A stretch of 28,676 nucleotides of DNA. Origin: a virus (Duplodnaviria > Caudoviricetes). The stretch spans positions 1-28,676 of the IMG/VR virus record IMGVR_UViG_3300014656_006065, one strand, 5' to 3'. Below the pieces are notes generated by a model. It was not told the origin of the DNA, made no database searches, and worked only from the letters and a program-made list of their open reading frames with translations. Made by a program: the position numbers and the translations under genes. This document shows, in pieces, positions 9,215-17,625 of the stretch. Each line of letters starts with the position of its first letter. Positions within the stretch are counted from its first letter, which is position 1.

Positions 9215-11178
9215 GCGGCTTTCGCTCCCTGCTGCGGTTGCTGTTGTGGCTGCATCGCGGCCATGAGGCCTTGCACTACCATAGCCGCCTGCTCTGGCTG
9301 AACGCCTGCCTGCTGCATCAACGCGGCAAGCATTTGTGGTAGCTGGTTCATAATGTCTTTTTGCTGCATCGCTGCCTCGACTTCCTGCTCGGTGCGGCCA
9401 ATGAATTCATCGGGATTGTTAAAGCCCATTGCCTCGATCAGCTGTTTGGCCGTCTTGTAAACGCCCATTTCGCTTGCGATACCAGAATTCATCAAGCCAG
9501 GCACAACTTCTTTGAGCATGATCATCAAGTTCTGGACCGTGAGTTGAGAATCCTGCAGACCGATGTTGTTGGTGATTTCAACGTCGAGAGTGCCCTTGAG
9601 GTCGTCGGGTGCAATCGTGAGGTATTCGCCAGTAAGGCGCACAACCATTTCCTGATCAACCATCGTCTGATTGAGTTCGACGAGAAGTTTATAGAGCGGA
9701 ACAATGCCGGTTTCGGCAAATGTCCGGGCCATGTCTTTAAGGCGCTGCTGACTTGCCGCCATGATCTGCGAAATGCCTCTGGCAGTTTTATTCAGGCTGT
9801 CGGCGTCGAGGCCTTGGTTATATCTGGTAACGCCGGTCTTTTGTTCTGACCAGCCCTGAATCATTTCAATCAGCGGAAAGGTTTCTGGTGACAGCTGGTG
9901 AGCCGGGAAGTGTTCGAGAACGTCTCTGACTGACTGCTGGCCTGTGATTTTCACACGAACGCATTTGCTACCGGCTGCGAGGTCTGAGAGTGCGGTTTCC
10001 TGTCGCTCATCGACTGCAGTTTTGCGGTCGTTGTTCAAAGCCGTGTTGATAATCACCTGGCGAACAAGCGCGGTCTTAATGTCCTGAATGTCCTGCATCA
10101 CGTCGGCAATGCCTTCTTTCCATCTGGCATAAGACTTTTTGAGCATGTGCGCGTCAACGTAAGGCGTGCGGCTGATCGGGTTGATTTCTTTCTTCACTAC
10201 TGAGGTGCCGGCAACCATGACTTTTACGTCTTCCAAGATACCGTCGCCGTCTATGTCATACTTGCCGTTGCATCTGTAAACCAGAATCTTTTCGCGCCCT
10301 GGCTGAGAGACGGCTAATCTGGTCTGATTAACCTCTTCGCTCTGCTTCGCTACCCGCTGGCCGCTGTAGTTCATAATCGCGTCGGCTATTTCGTCGAGCG
10401 AATTGTTTCTTGAAGAATCCATCTTGGGGTCTATGATGTCCTTGACGCCCTTGATCTTCTTGGCCTGCTCCATTTTGAGTAGATCCGAATAAAGCATGTA
10501 TTCGCGGTCAGCTTCGAATACGCTCACGCCCGAGTTGTCGGTGTAGGGCAGGTAAATGAATCGACCAGGCATCATGTTTTCGATTACGGCCTGGTCCTTG
10601 TCTCTAACTTCGCGGTCTGCGATAACCGTATAAGTGCCGTCGTTGTTGTCAGTTACCTTTTTCATCTTCGAGGCATCGAGCTGCAGGAATTGCTCTTCGG
10701 GAATAACGGCCTTTTCTTCTTCCATGTGACTGTCTCGTTCCCAATCGCATTTAACAACGCCGAGTGCAGCTTCCAGGCAATCACGCGCAAACTGCTCAAT
10801 GATTACATAGCCCTTGTTCTGGCTCTTGGTCTGGTAGGCCATGAGCTTTTCCATTGCCTTCGGGTTATCGTCTGGCGTCCGGCCCAGAACGCCCACGATT
10901 TTTTCAGAGCCAAGAATGACTTCGATAATCGACGGCATAATCCATTCGATCGCGTCTTTAACGTCGGTGGTCGAGTAGTCGCTGCTCAGGCTCAGTGTCG
11001 GGAATTTCTCGGCGTAGTAATCCTTGTTGCTGTTGATCAGCTGGTAACGCAAAATCAATTCCGGTTTGATGTTGTCATCAAAATACTGTTCGGCTGCGTC
11101 TATGTCGCCCTTTACCAGTTCGTATAGTTCATCATCGCTAATCTTGAATTTCTTTTCCTTCTTGCTCTTCGTTGCCAT
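9211..11178 (-). CDS. Portal protein (podovirus type)
   Basis: 655 aa with AGGAGG RBS, downstream of terL. Motifs 'DV.DAIEW.MPS', 'DIDGDGI.E', 'TGVTRYNQGLD..SLNKTA.G' and a Gln-rich C-terminus. Confidence 0.9.
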   Translation of the reverse strand: MATKSKKEKKFKISDDELYELVKGDIDAAEQYFDDNIKPELILRYQLINSNKDYYAEKFPTLSLSSDYSTTDVKDAIEWIMPSIIEVILGSEKIVGVLGRTPDDNPKAMEKLMAYQTKSQNKGYVIIEQFARDCLEAALGVVKCDWERDSHMEEEKAVIPEEQFLQLDASKMKKVTDNNDGTYTVIADREVRDKDQAVIENMMPGRFIYLPYTDNSGVSVFEADREYMLYSDLLKMEQAKKIKGVKDIIDPKMDSSRNNSLDEIADAIMNYSGQRVAKQSEEVNQTRLAVSQPGREKILVYRCNGKYDIDGDGILEDVKVMVAGTSVVKKEINPISRTPYVDAHMLKKSYARWKEGIADVMQDIQDIKTALVRQVIINTALNNDRKTAVDERQETALSDLAAGSKCVRVKITGQQSVRDVLEHFPAHQLSPETFPLIEMIQGWSEQKTGVTRYNQGLDADSLNKTARGISQIMAASQQRLKDMARTFAETGIVPLYKLLVELNQTMVDQEMVVRLTGEYLTIAPDDLKGTLDVEITNNIGLQDSQLTVQNLMIMLKEVVPGLMNSGIASEMGVYKTAKQLIEAMGFNNPDEFIGRTEQEVEAAMQQKDIMNQLPQMLAALMQQAGVQPEQAAMVVQGLMAAMQPQQQPQQGAKAA

Positions 11179-11217
11179 CCTTGGCCTCCTGTGTTTTGCA
11201 TCCTTGCGGGTCAGTTG

Positions 11218-12663
11218 CTACATGCGGCCAGCAACCGGGTTTACAAACTTGGGTCTGTTGGCTTTCGCCGAAATCGTTTCGATACCGTCTTGCGCCCTGA
11301 GTGCTACATATTGAAACCCGTCGTGCGGGTGCGAAAATTGGTTTTTGTCCGGCACATCGGTATATCTCGCGTCGCCGGCTACCTGAATGCGGCGGTAACG
11401 ATAGCCGCCAAGAAAGCCACGCCTGAGCATCTTGCATTTGGGCGATATGAGAAGATTTGGCTGGCCGTCTGACATGCCGGTCGCATAACTCGCGACTGCT
11501 TCGCGTCTGGCAATAAAGCTGTTGGTGCTTGCGCCCTCAACGTCGTTAAAACCTGCCATTCTGATCTCATCGAGGCAGGTTGATTCGTCTGATTGTGCGC
11601 GTTGGTTACCGGCTGGATCTCCGACAACAATAATGTTTTCGAGAAAAGCGCCATAATTCTGGTTCAGGTGAGGCTTCACGGCGTCACGCAAGAACTGTTT
11701 AATACCCATGTTCAAGGCAATCAGTTCATCGAAAGCGGTAAGCCTGCCCCTGGGTGTTACCTGGCCGAAAATGCAGGCCGGGGTTAATCCAAAGTCGAAA
11801 CCGAGAATGATAGGTAGATTTTTGAGCGGTTCAAGGTCGAACTTGCTGCAATGAATGTCGTCGTTGTATTCCGGGTAAACCGGCTTGCCTTCCTGAATGT
11901 TGCCGTACTGACCGAGAATGTAAACCTTAATCCATTCGGCGGTTTTACCGGGCACCTGGCGCAGCCAATATTCATAGCCGAGTTTGTGATTGCGCACGTT
12001 TTCGGCTTTCGGGTTCGGAAGATAGCCTTTGCCTTCGACGTAAAGCAAAGCTGCTGGTTGTGACCAGAACTGCCAGCCCTTTGGCGTTCCTTCTTCGGCA
12101 ACCTTATACCACCAGTGATCATCGTCGGGCGGGTTCGTGTCCATGATAATACCGGACCAGGTAGCGCCACGGTCTGAAATGTTCGGGTATCTGCCGACGC
12201 GGCCAGTCAGGCCGTCGAGAATTGCTTTCGGAACTTCCCGCGCTTCGTTAATCCACGCCCCGGTAAGCTCTAATGACAAAAGTTTTCTGACATGATCTGG
12301 ACGGTCCAGGGCCATGAAAAGTATTTCTAACTCAACCATGGTTCCGTCGAGCTGCCGTTGTTTCAGCACGCCACGGATAGGAGCATCATAGACAATCGGG
12401 CAGGCCTCATCTGATACCCAATCCTGCCAGGTCTTGATTGTGGTTGAGCGCAATTCGCCGTAAGTGTTTCTGACGACGGCCCACCGGCTTTTGCGTATGC
12501 CCTCAGAGTTCGGCTTTTGCTGCGCCGATCTGGAAAGAATCTCCATGCAGCAGGCAACTGACTTACCAGAACCAATCGGGCCGCGTATGCCTCTGACAAA
12601 AGAATCATCGGCATGAAGTAGAGCAGGCGTTGGTTCGGCGTTGTAGGTTTTAATCTTCGCCAT
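11218..12663 (-). CDS. terL: Terminase large subunit
   Basis: Walker A GPIGSGKS, Walker B-like AWINEARE, coupling motif DTNPP, and RNase H-like GFDFG ... DPAG ... HPHDGFQY. Confidence 0.92.
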   Translation of the reverse strand: MAKIKTYNAEPTPALLHADDSFVRGIRGPIGSGKSVACCMEILSRSAQQKPNSEGIRKSRWAVVRNTYGELRSTTIKTWQDWVSDEACPIVYDAPIRGVLKQRQLDGTMVELEILFMALDRPDHVRKLLSLELTGAWINEAREVPKAILDGLTGRVGRYPNISDRGATWSGIIMDTNPPDDDHWWYKVAEEGTPKGWQFWSQPAALLYVEGKGYLPNPKAENVRNHKLGYEYWLRQVPGKTAEWIKVYILGQYGNIQEGKPVYPEYNDDIHCSKFDLEPLKNLPIILGFDFGLTPACIFGQVTPRGRLTAFDELIALNMGIKQFLRDAVKPHLNQNYGAFLENIIVVGDPAGNQRAQSDESTCLDEIRMAGFNDVEGASTNSFIARREAVASYATGMSDGQPNLLISPKCKMLRRGFLGGYRYRRIQVAGDARYTDVPDKNQFSHPHDGFQYVALRAQDGIETISAKANRPKFVNPVAGRM

Positions 12664-13126
12664 TGTCTGCCTCTGGCTTTGGCTTGCCAGCCATATTCAG
12701 AACGATACCAAGGCCAGTGCCGGTATGCTCGATGGTTTGCTTTTCCATGCCGAGGTATTTCGCGAGGATCTTCAAGCTGCCGTTTGCGCCAGAAGAATCG
12801 AATTTATAAACGCCTATTGGCTTGCCGTCGGGGTCTAATACTGGCTCGGCCTGAGTGCAGCGCTCGATAATCATTTTGGCCTTTTCGATTACCCATTCGG
12901 CGGTGATTTCGTTCTTTTTGGCTATCTCTGCCAGCTTCTCGGAAACCGCTTTCTTGACCATCGGGATTAACAAGAGGTCAGCGGATTGCTGTTGCGCCGA
13001 CTTTGCGCTATACCCTGCCCGGATTGCGGCCTGAGTGCCGTTGCAATCAATCGCATACTCGTCAACGAACTTCCTGCGCTTAGCAGGCAACTGGTCGTAT
13101 GCGGAGAGTTCTGGATTCTTGCTCAT
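12650..13126 (-). CDS. terS: Terminase small subunit
   Basis: 'KRRKFVDEY..D.NGTQAAIRAGYS..SA......LL' signature and 'L..LAKYLGM'. Overlaps the terL start. Confidence 0.92.
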   Translation of the reverse strand: MSKNPELSAYDQLPAKRRKFVDEYAIDCNGTQAAIRAGYSAKSAQQQSADLLLIPMVKKAVSEKLAEIAKKNEITAEWVIEKAKMIIERCTQAEPVLDPDGKPIGVYKFDSSGANGSLKILAKYLGMEKQTIEHTGTGLGIVLNMAGKPKPEADNGED

Positions 13127-13132
13127 ACTTCT

Positions 13133-13155
13133 ATATTATCAGAAAATTGATAATA
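13133..13155 (-). promoter_or_regulatory. Candidate late promoter (extended -10 TGaTAATAT) overlapped by inverted repeat TATTATCA-N6-TGATAATA
   Basis: The -10 element at 13138-13133 lies 6 nt before the terS ATG. No SD. Perfect 8-bp inverted repeat at 13134-13155. Confidence 0.55.
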
Positions 13156-13179
13156 GTTAAAGCAGGTTGTGGAAAACTA

Positions 13180-13188
13180 TGCTACAAT
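13180..13188 (+). promoter_or_regulatory. Extended -10 promoter TGcTACAAT (antisense, divergent from terS)
   Basis: Same 9-mer as the element in front of the repressor gene (26518-26526). Confidence 0.5.
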
Positions 13189-13194
13189 CATTTC

Positions 13195-13266
13195 ACTCCT
13201 TGAACATCGCGTCACCACACGCAAAAAAAGCCCCGGTCATTTTCAGTGCCGGGGTCTTTTGCTTTT
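13195..13266 (+). ncRNA. Candidate ~70-nt small RNA
   Basis: Bounded by the extended -10 element and the hairpin plus U-run. 5' end carries ACUCCUU. Ends are inferred. Confidence 0.35.
13223..13266. terminator. Bidirectional intrinsic terminator ending the early operon
   Basis: A7-G-CCCCGG...CCGGGG-TCTTTTGCTTTT. U7 follows the stem on the - strand and U4GCU4 on the + strand. Confidence 0.8.
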
Positions 13267-13549
13267 AGGTTCTCTTAACCATCTTAAACAATTTATAAGG
13301 CCTATGCCTGCGCTTAACAACTCTGACCGTAACATCATAATCTGGAATCATGGTATTGCGCGGCAACGCCTCAAACTTCGGATTGCCAACGAATAGCCTG
13401 ACCATATCGTTCACGGCAAGATATTCCGTATCTATCACCACGCCAAGCTCAGAGTAAAGCCGCATAAGCTCTTTCGGCGTGAGCGATTCAATTATGTTGC
13501 GCCAGATTCTAACACGTCGAACGCGACGGTCTTTTATGAATGGTTTCAT
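13265..13549 (-). CDS. Hypothetical basic protein, last early gene
   Basis: Probable start is ATG 13549 (MKPFIKDRRVRR), via ATGA overlap with the upstream stop. 94 aa, Arg/Lys-rich. Confidence 0.6.
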   Translation of the reverse strand: MKPFIKDRRVRRVRIWRNIIESLTPKELMRLYSELGVVIDTEYLAVNDMVRLFVGNPKFEALPRNTMIPDYDVTVRVVKRRHRPYKLFKMVKRT

Positions 13550-13755
13550 TGTCGCTGCCCCCGGACCCATTCGCCAGCGTATTTCAGCGCCATTTCTATA
13601 TTGCCGCACCATACTGATTCTTCGTGGATTCTAAGCCCGTGATATTCGGTGTGCAGCATGGTTTTTCTGATAACCTCGGCATCGCCGTCTTTGCCGCTTC
13701 TACTAACAACGCGGATTGTTCTGTCGCCAAAACTCTGCAAGCTGATTAGTTTCAT
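13546..13755 (-). CDS. Hypothetical protein
   Basis: 69 aa with ATGA overlaps on both sides. Confidence 0.6.
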   Translation of the reverse strand: MKLISLQSFGDRTIRVVSRSGKDGDAEVIRKTMLHTEYHGLRIHEESVWCGNIEMALKYAGEWVRGQRQ

Positions 13756-14027
13756 GGCCGCTTCAACTCTTTCCCGCAGTCAGGGCAAAAGCTGAAATAA
13801 GTGTATTCCATGTGGTCGACTTCTTTGTGATTCCAGCTCATCTTGATATGCTGGCCGCCTTCGTAAGGGCAATCTTCAAATCCGATAGTGTGATCGCAAT
13901 TTAGTTGCTTATCCAAGCGAAGACAGACCTTACATTGAAGGCAAGTTTCCGGCATAGGTTGACCATTTGAGACCAAAAGACCAATACCGCAACATTTACA
14001 CTGTCCTTTTACTATATCGTTTTTCAT
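13752..14027 (-). CDS. Cys-rich zinc-ribbon-like protein
   Basis: CKCC, CLQCKVC and FCPDCGKEL motifs. ATGA coupling and GAGG RBS. Confidence 0.7.
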   Translation of the reverse strand: MKNDIVKGQCKCCGIGLLVSNGQPMPETCLQCKVCLRLDKQLNCDHTIGFEDCPYEGGQHIKMSWNHKEVDHMEYTYFSFCPDCGKELKRP

Positions 14028-14710
14028 ATCGCCTCAACTTTCTTAAACCCAAACACGCCTCTAACCCGGTGATTAGTGCTTTTAACCATCCCGATTGCCA
14101 GTCCAAAGAACCATTTCTTTTTCGAGAACATCGGAAGAACCTGGTCGAGCCAGATAACCCAACCACCAGGTTTGAGGATCTTGTAACATTCTTCCAGGAC
14201 CTTCTTGCGCTTCAGCATGACAGTTCCGTAATGCTCGGCATCCTCGGCTGAGTATGGCACATCGACGTAAGCAATATCAAATCGCTCGAGTACCAGCCCT
14301 GACATTTCCTCGGCATTGCAGCAGATTTCTGGATTAACCTCGGGCCGAACATCGACGCGGGTGTAATCGCCAACTGGCAAACTTCCTGAGCAAACATGAA
14401 TTATCTTTTTGCAGTCCGGGAATAGGCTCTGGATTCTCGGCAAGTAGCCGTGAGGGTAAGCGCCATAATACCCGCTGGTTTTGTAGTTGTTTCCCATAAT
14501 CCAAAGGCCCTCGATCCTGCCGGTTTTTGAGAGGTAGAGCGGTTCGAATTTCGGGAAGGCGTTGCTGTAAAGCGCAATTCTATCATGCGACTCAAGCATG
14601 TTGAGGCTTTTAACAATCGTGTTGGCGGCATCGCGGAATACAATGATTCCTTCTGTACCAGAAAATATTACCTTCTCGCCGACCTTGGCATCGTTTGTGA
14701 AGTTGCTCAT
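14024..14710 (-). CDS. Small SAM-dependent amino-methyltransferase-like protein (DNA m6A/m4C type)
   Basis: 'YYGAYP', motif I-like 'IHVCSG', 'RVD', catalytic-like 'FDIAYVDVPY' and 'ECYKILKPGG'. Confidence 0.7.
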   Translation of the reverse strand: MSNFTNDAKVGEKVIFSGTEGIIVFRDAANTIVKSLNMLESHDRIALYSNAFPKFEPLYLSKTGRIEGLWIMGNNYKTSGYYGAYPHGYLPRIQSLFPDCKKIIHVCSGSLPVGDYTRVDVRPEVNPEICCNAEEMSGLVLERFDIAYVDVPYSAEDAEHYGTVMLKRKKVLEECYKILKPGGWVIWLDQVLPMFSKKKWFFGLAIGMVKSTNHRVRGVFGFKKVEAI

Positions 14711-14955
14711 GAACCGTTTTCCGTTTCAAGTATTTCCGCCGCTATCCAGCAAAAACAGGTTTCATCGCAACAAATCTTCGAGTTTGCCCTGTGCGCCAAC
14801 AGGGCTCCCGTCATCTTCTCAAGCAGTTCGTCCTGCTCTCTGATAATCCTGGCCGCCTCTTTGGCCGCAATATCCATTTGCGCTCTTGCGGTTTTGTCGT
14901 CTTGCCACTCGGCAAAAGGTCGGTTTAAAACGCGGTTAAGTATTTTTCTGTCCAT
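14707..14955 (-). CDS. Hypothetical protein (CCDETCFC)
   Basis: 82 aa, translationally coupled on both sides. Confidence 0.6.
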   Translation of the reverse strand: MDRKILNRVLNRPFAEWQDDKTARAQMDIAAKEAARIIREQDELLEKMTGALLAHRANSKICCDETCFCWIAAEILETENGS

Positions 14956-15218
14956 TATTCTTTTCCTTTCTGCGCGTCAACAAGCGCCGTCCCCGACTTG
15001 CACCAGCGTCGAGACGTGCAACTTAAACACCATCCCAATTCCAAGTTTGAGTTGCTGCAAGACTCGGCGTTTTCTATCAATTCTGCTTTCAGCTCGGCGT
15101 TTTCGCGCTCAAGTCTGTCTGATTCTTTATCTATCAATAATAGTGTTCTGATAGTTCCGTAACAAAGATCACTTTCTGAACAGTCTCTGATTACCTGCGT
15201 TAAATTTCTTATGTTCAT
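14955..15218 (-). CDS. Hypothetical coiled-coil/Cys-containing protein
   Basis: Probable start is ATG 15218 (MNIRNLTQ), right after the upstream stop. Coiled coil followed by C...WCxxC....WC. Confidence 0.55.
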   Translation of the reverse strand: MNIRNLTQVIRDCSESDLCYGTIRTLLLIDKESDRLERENAELKAELIENAESCSNSNLELGWCLSCTSRRWCKSGTALVDAQKGKE

Positions 15219-15219
15219 A

Positions 15220-15588
15220 TTATTTGCCGCCTTTCGCTGCCGTTGCTCTTGCTGCCGATTCCAGTGCAACAAACGCCGCATCGGAAATCATCCAATAAAA
15301 GCCATCATCTGAATCGGCCATCGCCTTAATTGCCTCAAGCGCCTCTCTCATCTGCTCTATAATCTTTTCCTGCTTGTATATAACCTGCTCTCTAGCCGAT
15401 AGCATTGTGCTCGCGGCATTCTCGAAATTCTTTAGCTTTGTTATCTGCTCGGCCTGTGCTGATAGCTCTTTTTCCATGTCGTTAAACTTCTCCAATATCT
15501 GCCGTGGTGTCGGCGAATACGCGATAAAATGCGTAAACAGCGCCTCGGTTCTCGGTAAAAACTTAACTCTCGGTGTGTCGTGTGTCAT
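15220..15588 (-). CDS. Hypothetical coiled-coil protein
   Basis: 122 aa, GGAG RBS, ATGA overlap and heptad pattern. Confidence 0.65.
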   Translation of the reverse strand: MTHDTPRVKFLPRTEALFTHFIAYSPTPRQILEKFNDMEKELSAQAEQITKLKNFENAASTMLSAREQVIYKQEKIIEQMREALEAIKAMADSDDGFYWMISDAAFVALESAARATAAKGGK

Positions 15589-15818
15589 TGCACTTTCTCC
15601 CCCTTCGCCGCTTCCTGAATAGCCCCTTGCCAGCGCTTGCCGCTGTCAATGATTAGTTCCTGCATTTGTTTGGTCATGTCGTCGAAGCCCGGCATGTATA
15701 GCCTCGCCGCTTTTCGCGTCTGCTTGTCTGTGAGTGGCAGAACTACCTTGCTGAATGTCGTGCTATCGCTCGTATTTTTTCCCCATTGGCCGGGTTCGCC
15801 GTAAGGTATCATGCTCAT
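15585..15818 (-). CDS. Hypothetical protein
   Basis: 77 aa in a tightly packed operon. Confidence 0.6.
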   Translation of the reverse strand: MSMIPYGEPGQWGKNTSDSTTFSKVVLPLTDKQTRKAARLYMPGFDDMTKQMQELIIDSGKRWQGAIQEAAKGEKVQ

Positions 15819-15822
15819 CCTG

Positions 15823-16038
15823 TCAGCCCTCCATCATCAAATTTAAAAGCCGCAAAGTCGGCGAATACAATCTGCCTTCGCGCTCTCCGGCAAACATAAT
15901 CAGTCCCGCGCCAACCGCCGTGCTTAATCTGGTTCTCGCTGTAGACAAACTACAAGTCCATGACACAGCCGCGTCGAGTGCGGTGATTGGATATTGAATT
16001 TCGCGCAGCCTGGTGACTGCAAAGTTTATGTTGATCAT
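15823..16038 (-). CDS. Small winged-helix DNA-binding protein
   Basis: Probable start is ATG 16038, an ATGA overlap with the MTase stop. 'ITALDAA......STARTRLS.AVGAGLI.......Y' wHTH pattern. Confidence 0.6.
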   Translation of the reverse strand: MININFAVTRLREIQYPITALDAAVSWTCSLSTARTRLSTAVGAGLIMFAGEREGRLYSPTLRLLNLMMEG

Positions 16039-16901
16039 TGGAAATACCTCTGGATCTCTTCGCCGACCCATCGGCCAACCGGAACGGCAACGCCATTTCC
16101 AATAGCCTTATACGCTTCGTTGTCGGTGCAATCGAACCTGAACGAATCCGGCACGCCCTGGAGCCTTGCGTATTCCCGAACGGTATAAGGCCTGACGCCC
16201 ATCGGGCACGCCCGGTCTTTAATCAGCCTGGTCGAGCGGTCTTTGTGATAATGAGCAACGCAAGTCGGCGCCAGGTCGTCTGCTTCTGGATCTGAAATAA
16301 TCGGCATGTCACGATAATTGCCATTGAGCCGGTTGATCACAGACTCGGTTATTTTGATTTCCGGGTTGTGCTCCATAATATCCTTCAGCCTGGTCCGGCT
16401 TTGGCTGGTCGGCGCTTGCCAGATAAAGGATTTTTTCGAGCCAATAATGATCAGCCTGCTTCTCTTTTGCGGCAACCACGCTTCGGCCTCTACCGGGCAA
16501 AACACGCTGACGTAATAATCAGGCAACCGCGTCATTGCTTCCATGACTACCGGGAATTTCTTCATACCAGGCACGTTCTCAATCACATACATTTCCGGTT
16601 TTTTGATCGCTACATGCCTGAAAAAGTGAAGAAAAAGATCGTCGCCGGTTCTTGCGTTATGAATGTCGGCAATCGCGCTGTATTTTGTGCAGGGATAGGT
16701 CGCAACCATAACATCGGCTGGCCGCTCATTGAATACCAGCTTTTGGGTTATGTCCTGCTCGTTCACTTCACCGCCAAGCTGGCGCTGCAGCTGGCAACAT
16801 ACCTTGTCGATTTCAAAGCTCTGCTGAATTTCGAGGCCGGCCTGCATGATACCAATGTCGAATAAGCCAGCTCCGCTAAAGTATGAATTTATTGCTATCA
16901 T
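16035..16901 (-). CDS. DNA (cytosine-5) methyltransferase
   Basis: Motif I YFSGAG, catalytic PC, ENV, Q.R.R, 'YTVREYARLQG.PD' and 'YKAIGNGV'. Confidence 0.93.
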   Translation of the reverse strand: MIAINSYFSGAGLFDIGIMQAGLEIQQSFEIDKVCCQLQRQLGGEVNEQDITQKLVFNERPADVMVATYPCTKYSAIADIHNARTGDDLFLHFFRHVAIKKPEMYVIENVPGMKKFPVVMEAMTRLPDYYVSVFCPVEAEAWLPQKRSRLIIIGSKKSFIWQAPTSQSRTRLKDIMEHNPEIKITESVINRLNGNYRDMPIISDPEADDLAPTCVAHYHKDRSTRLIKDRACPMGVRPYTVREYARLQGVPDSFRFDCTDNEAYKAIGNGVAVPVGRWVGEEIQRYFQ

Positions 16902-16913
16902 TGTCGATCCCTT

Positions 16914-17069
16914 TCAGTTATCATCCACCGTCGCCGCGTACTGGCTTGCCTGCCGCAGCTTCAGCTCGGTTATTTCGCTTTCCAGCTCCATGTTTCTTTC
17001 GCGCAATTTCTCGTTTGCGGTTCGCTCTTTTTCCAGTTCCTTCGCCAGCACGTTTTCCATCGTGTTCAC
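16914..17069 (-). CDS. Small coiled-coil protein (51 aa)
   Basis: Below the ORF-track cutoff. GGGAGG RBS, GTG start, MNTMENVLAKELEKERTANEKLRERNMELESEITELKLRQ... Confidence 0.7.
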   Translation of the reverse strand: MNTMENVLAKELEKERTANEKLRERNMELESEITELKLRQASQYAATVDDN

Positions 17070-17212
17070 GGCCTTGCCTCCCTTGGCTTATGGCTCTCGC
17101 AGTTGTGGTCGGTCTGAAAGTAAGCCCTCTTGAGCTTGCAGATTTTAAAACTCTTGGTTGTCGGGTATGAATAGGCGCAGTTGTCGCAGCATGGTTTTTG
17201 TTTGTCTGTCAT
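17066..17212 (-). CDS. Small Cys-rich protein (48 aa)
   Basis: Below the ORF-track cutoff. ATGA and GTGA overlaps. MTDKQKPCCDNCAYSYPTTKSFKICKLKRAYFQTDHNCESHKPREARP. Confidence 0.65.
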   Translation of the reverse strand: MTDKQKPCCDNCAYSYPTTKSFKICKLKRAYFQTDHNCESHKPREARP

Positions 17213-17625
17213 GCCGCTTTATCCTCTTCAATTTCGTTGATTAGATAGTTGAACAAGTCGCGGGTTTCTAAACCAGATACAAGTCGGCCATGGAGCAGGG
17301 ATTTTGTCGAGTCCGTCTTTCCGTCCAGTGCATTTGACGATCGCGGCACCGGGTTTGTGTTTACAATGTTCACAGCTGAGACAGGTAACTGTCCGCCCTC
17401 TGATTTTCCCCATAATTCTTCCTGTCCTTTCCATGCGTTTATGCAAGCGGCCTCACCGCAACCCGCGCAAGTCTCCGGCGTTCTGATTGGGAAAGGGCAG
17501 TTTATAGCCGCCCTGAGCGCCCTGTTTTGGATCTCAAAAATATTGTGATCTTCGGCCCATTTTTCTTGAAGTTTTTTCTTAACGCTCGTCTGGTAATCGT
17601 CTAGCCATGGTTGATCATGCGGCAC
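17209..17625 (-). CDS. Hypothetical protein with C-x9-CxxC-x4-C
   Basis: 138 aa with GGAGGT RBS, overlapping the loader-like gene. Confidence 0.65.
   Translation of the reverse strand: MPHDQPWLDDYQTSVKKKLQEKWAEDHNIFEIQNRALRAAINCPFPIRTPETCAGCGEAACINAWKGQEELWGKSEGGQLPVSAVNIVNTNPVPRSSNALDGKTDSTKSLLHGRLVSGLETRDLFNYLINEIEEDKAA

Noticed and set aside
9211-9370. CAG/Gln-rich repeats at the portal 3' end
   Set aside because: An ordinary low-complexity C-terminal tail of podovirus portals, not a DNA-level repeat system.
12230-12265. TerL Walker B 'NE' instead of 'DE' as an inactivating change
   Set aside because: All other motifs are intact and, from memory, WINEARE-type motifs occur in a known terminase subgroup.
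13169-13396. 75-aa + strand ORF at the early/late boundary
   Set aside because: It starts upstream of the candidate promoter, runs through a terminator and has no convincing RBS.
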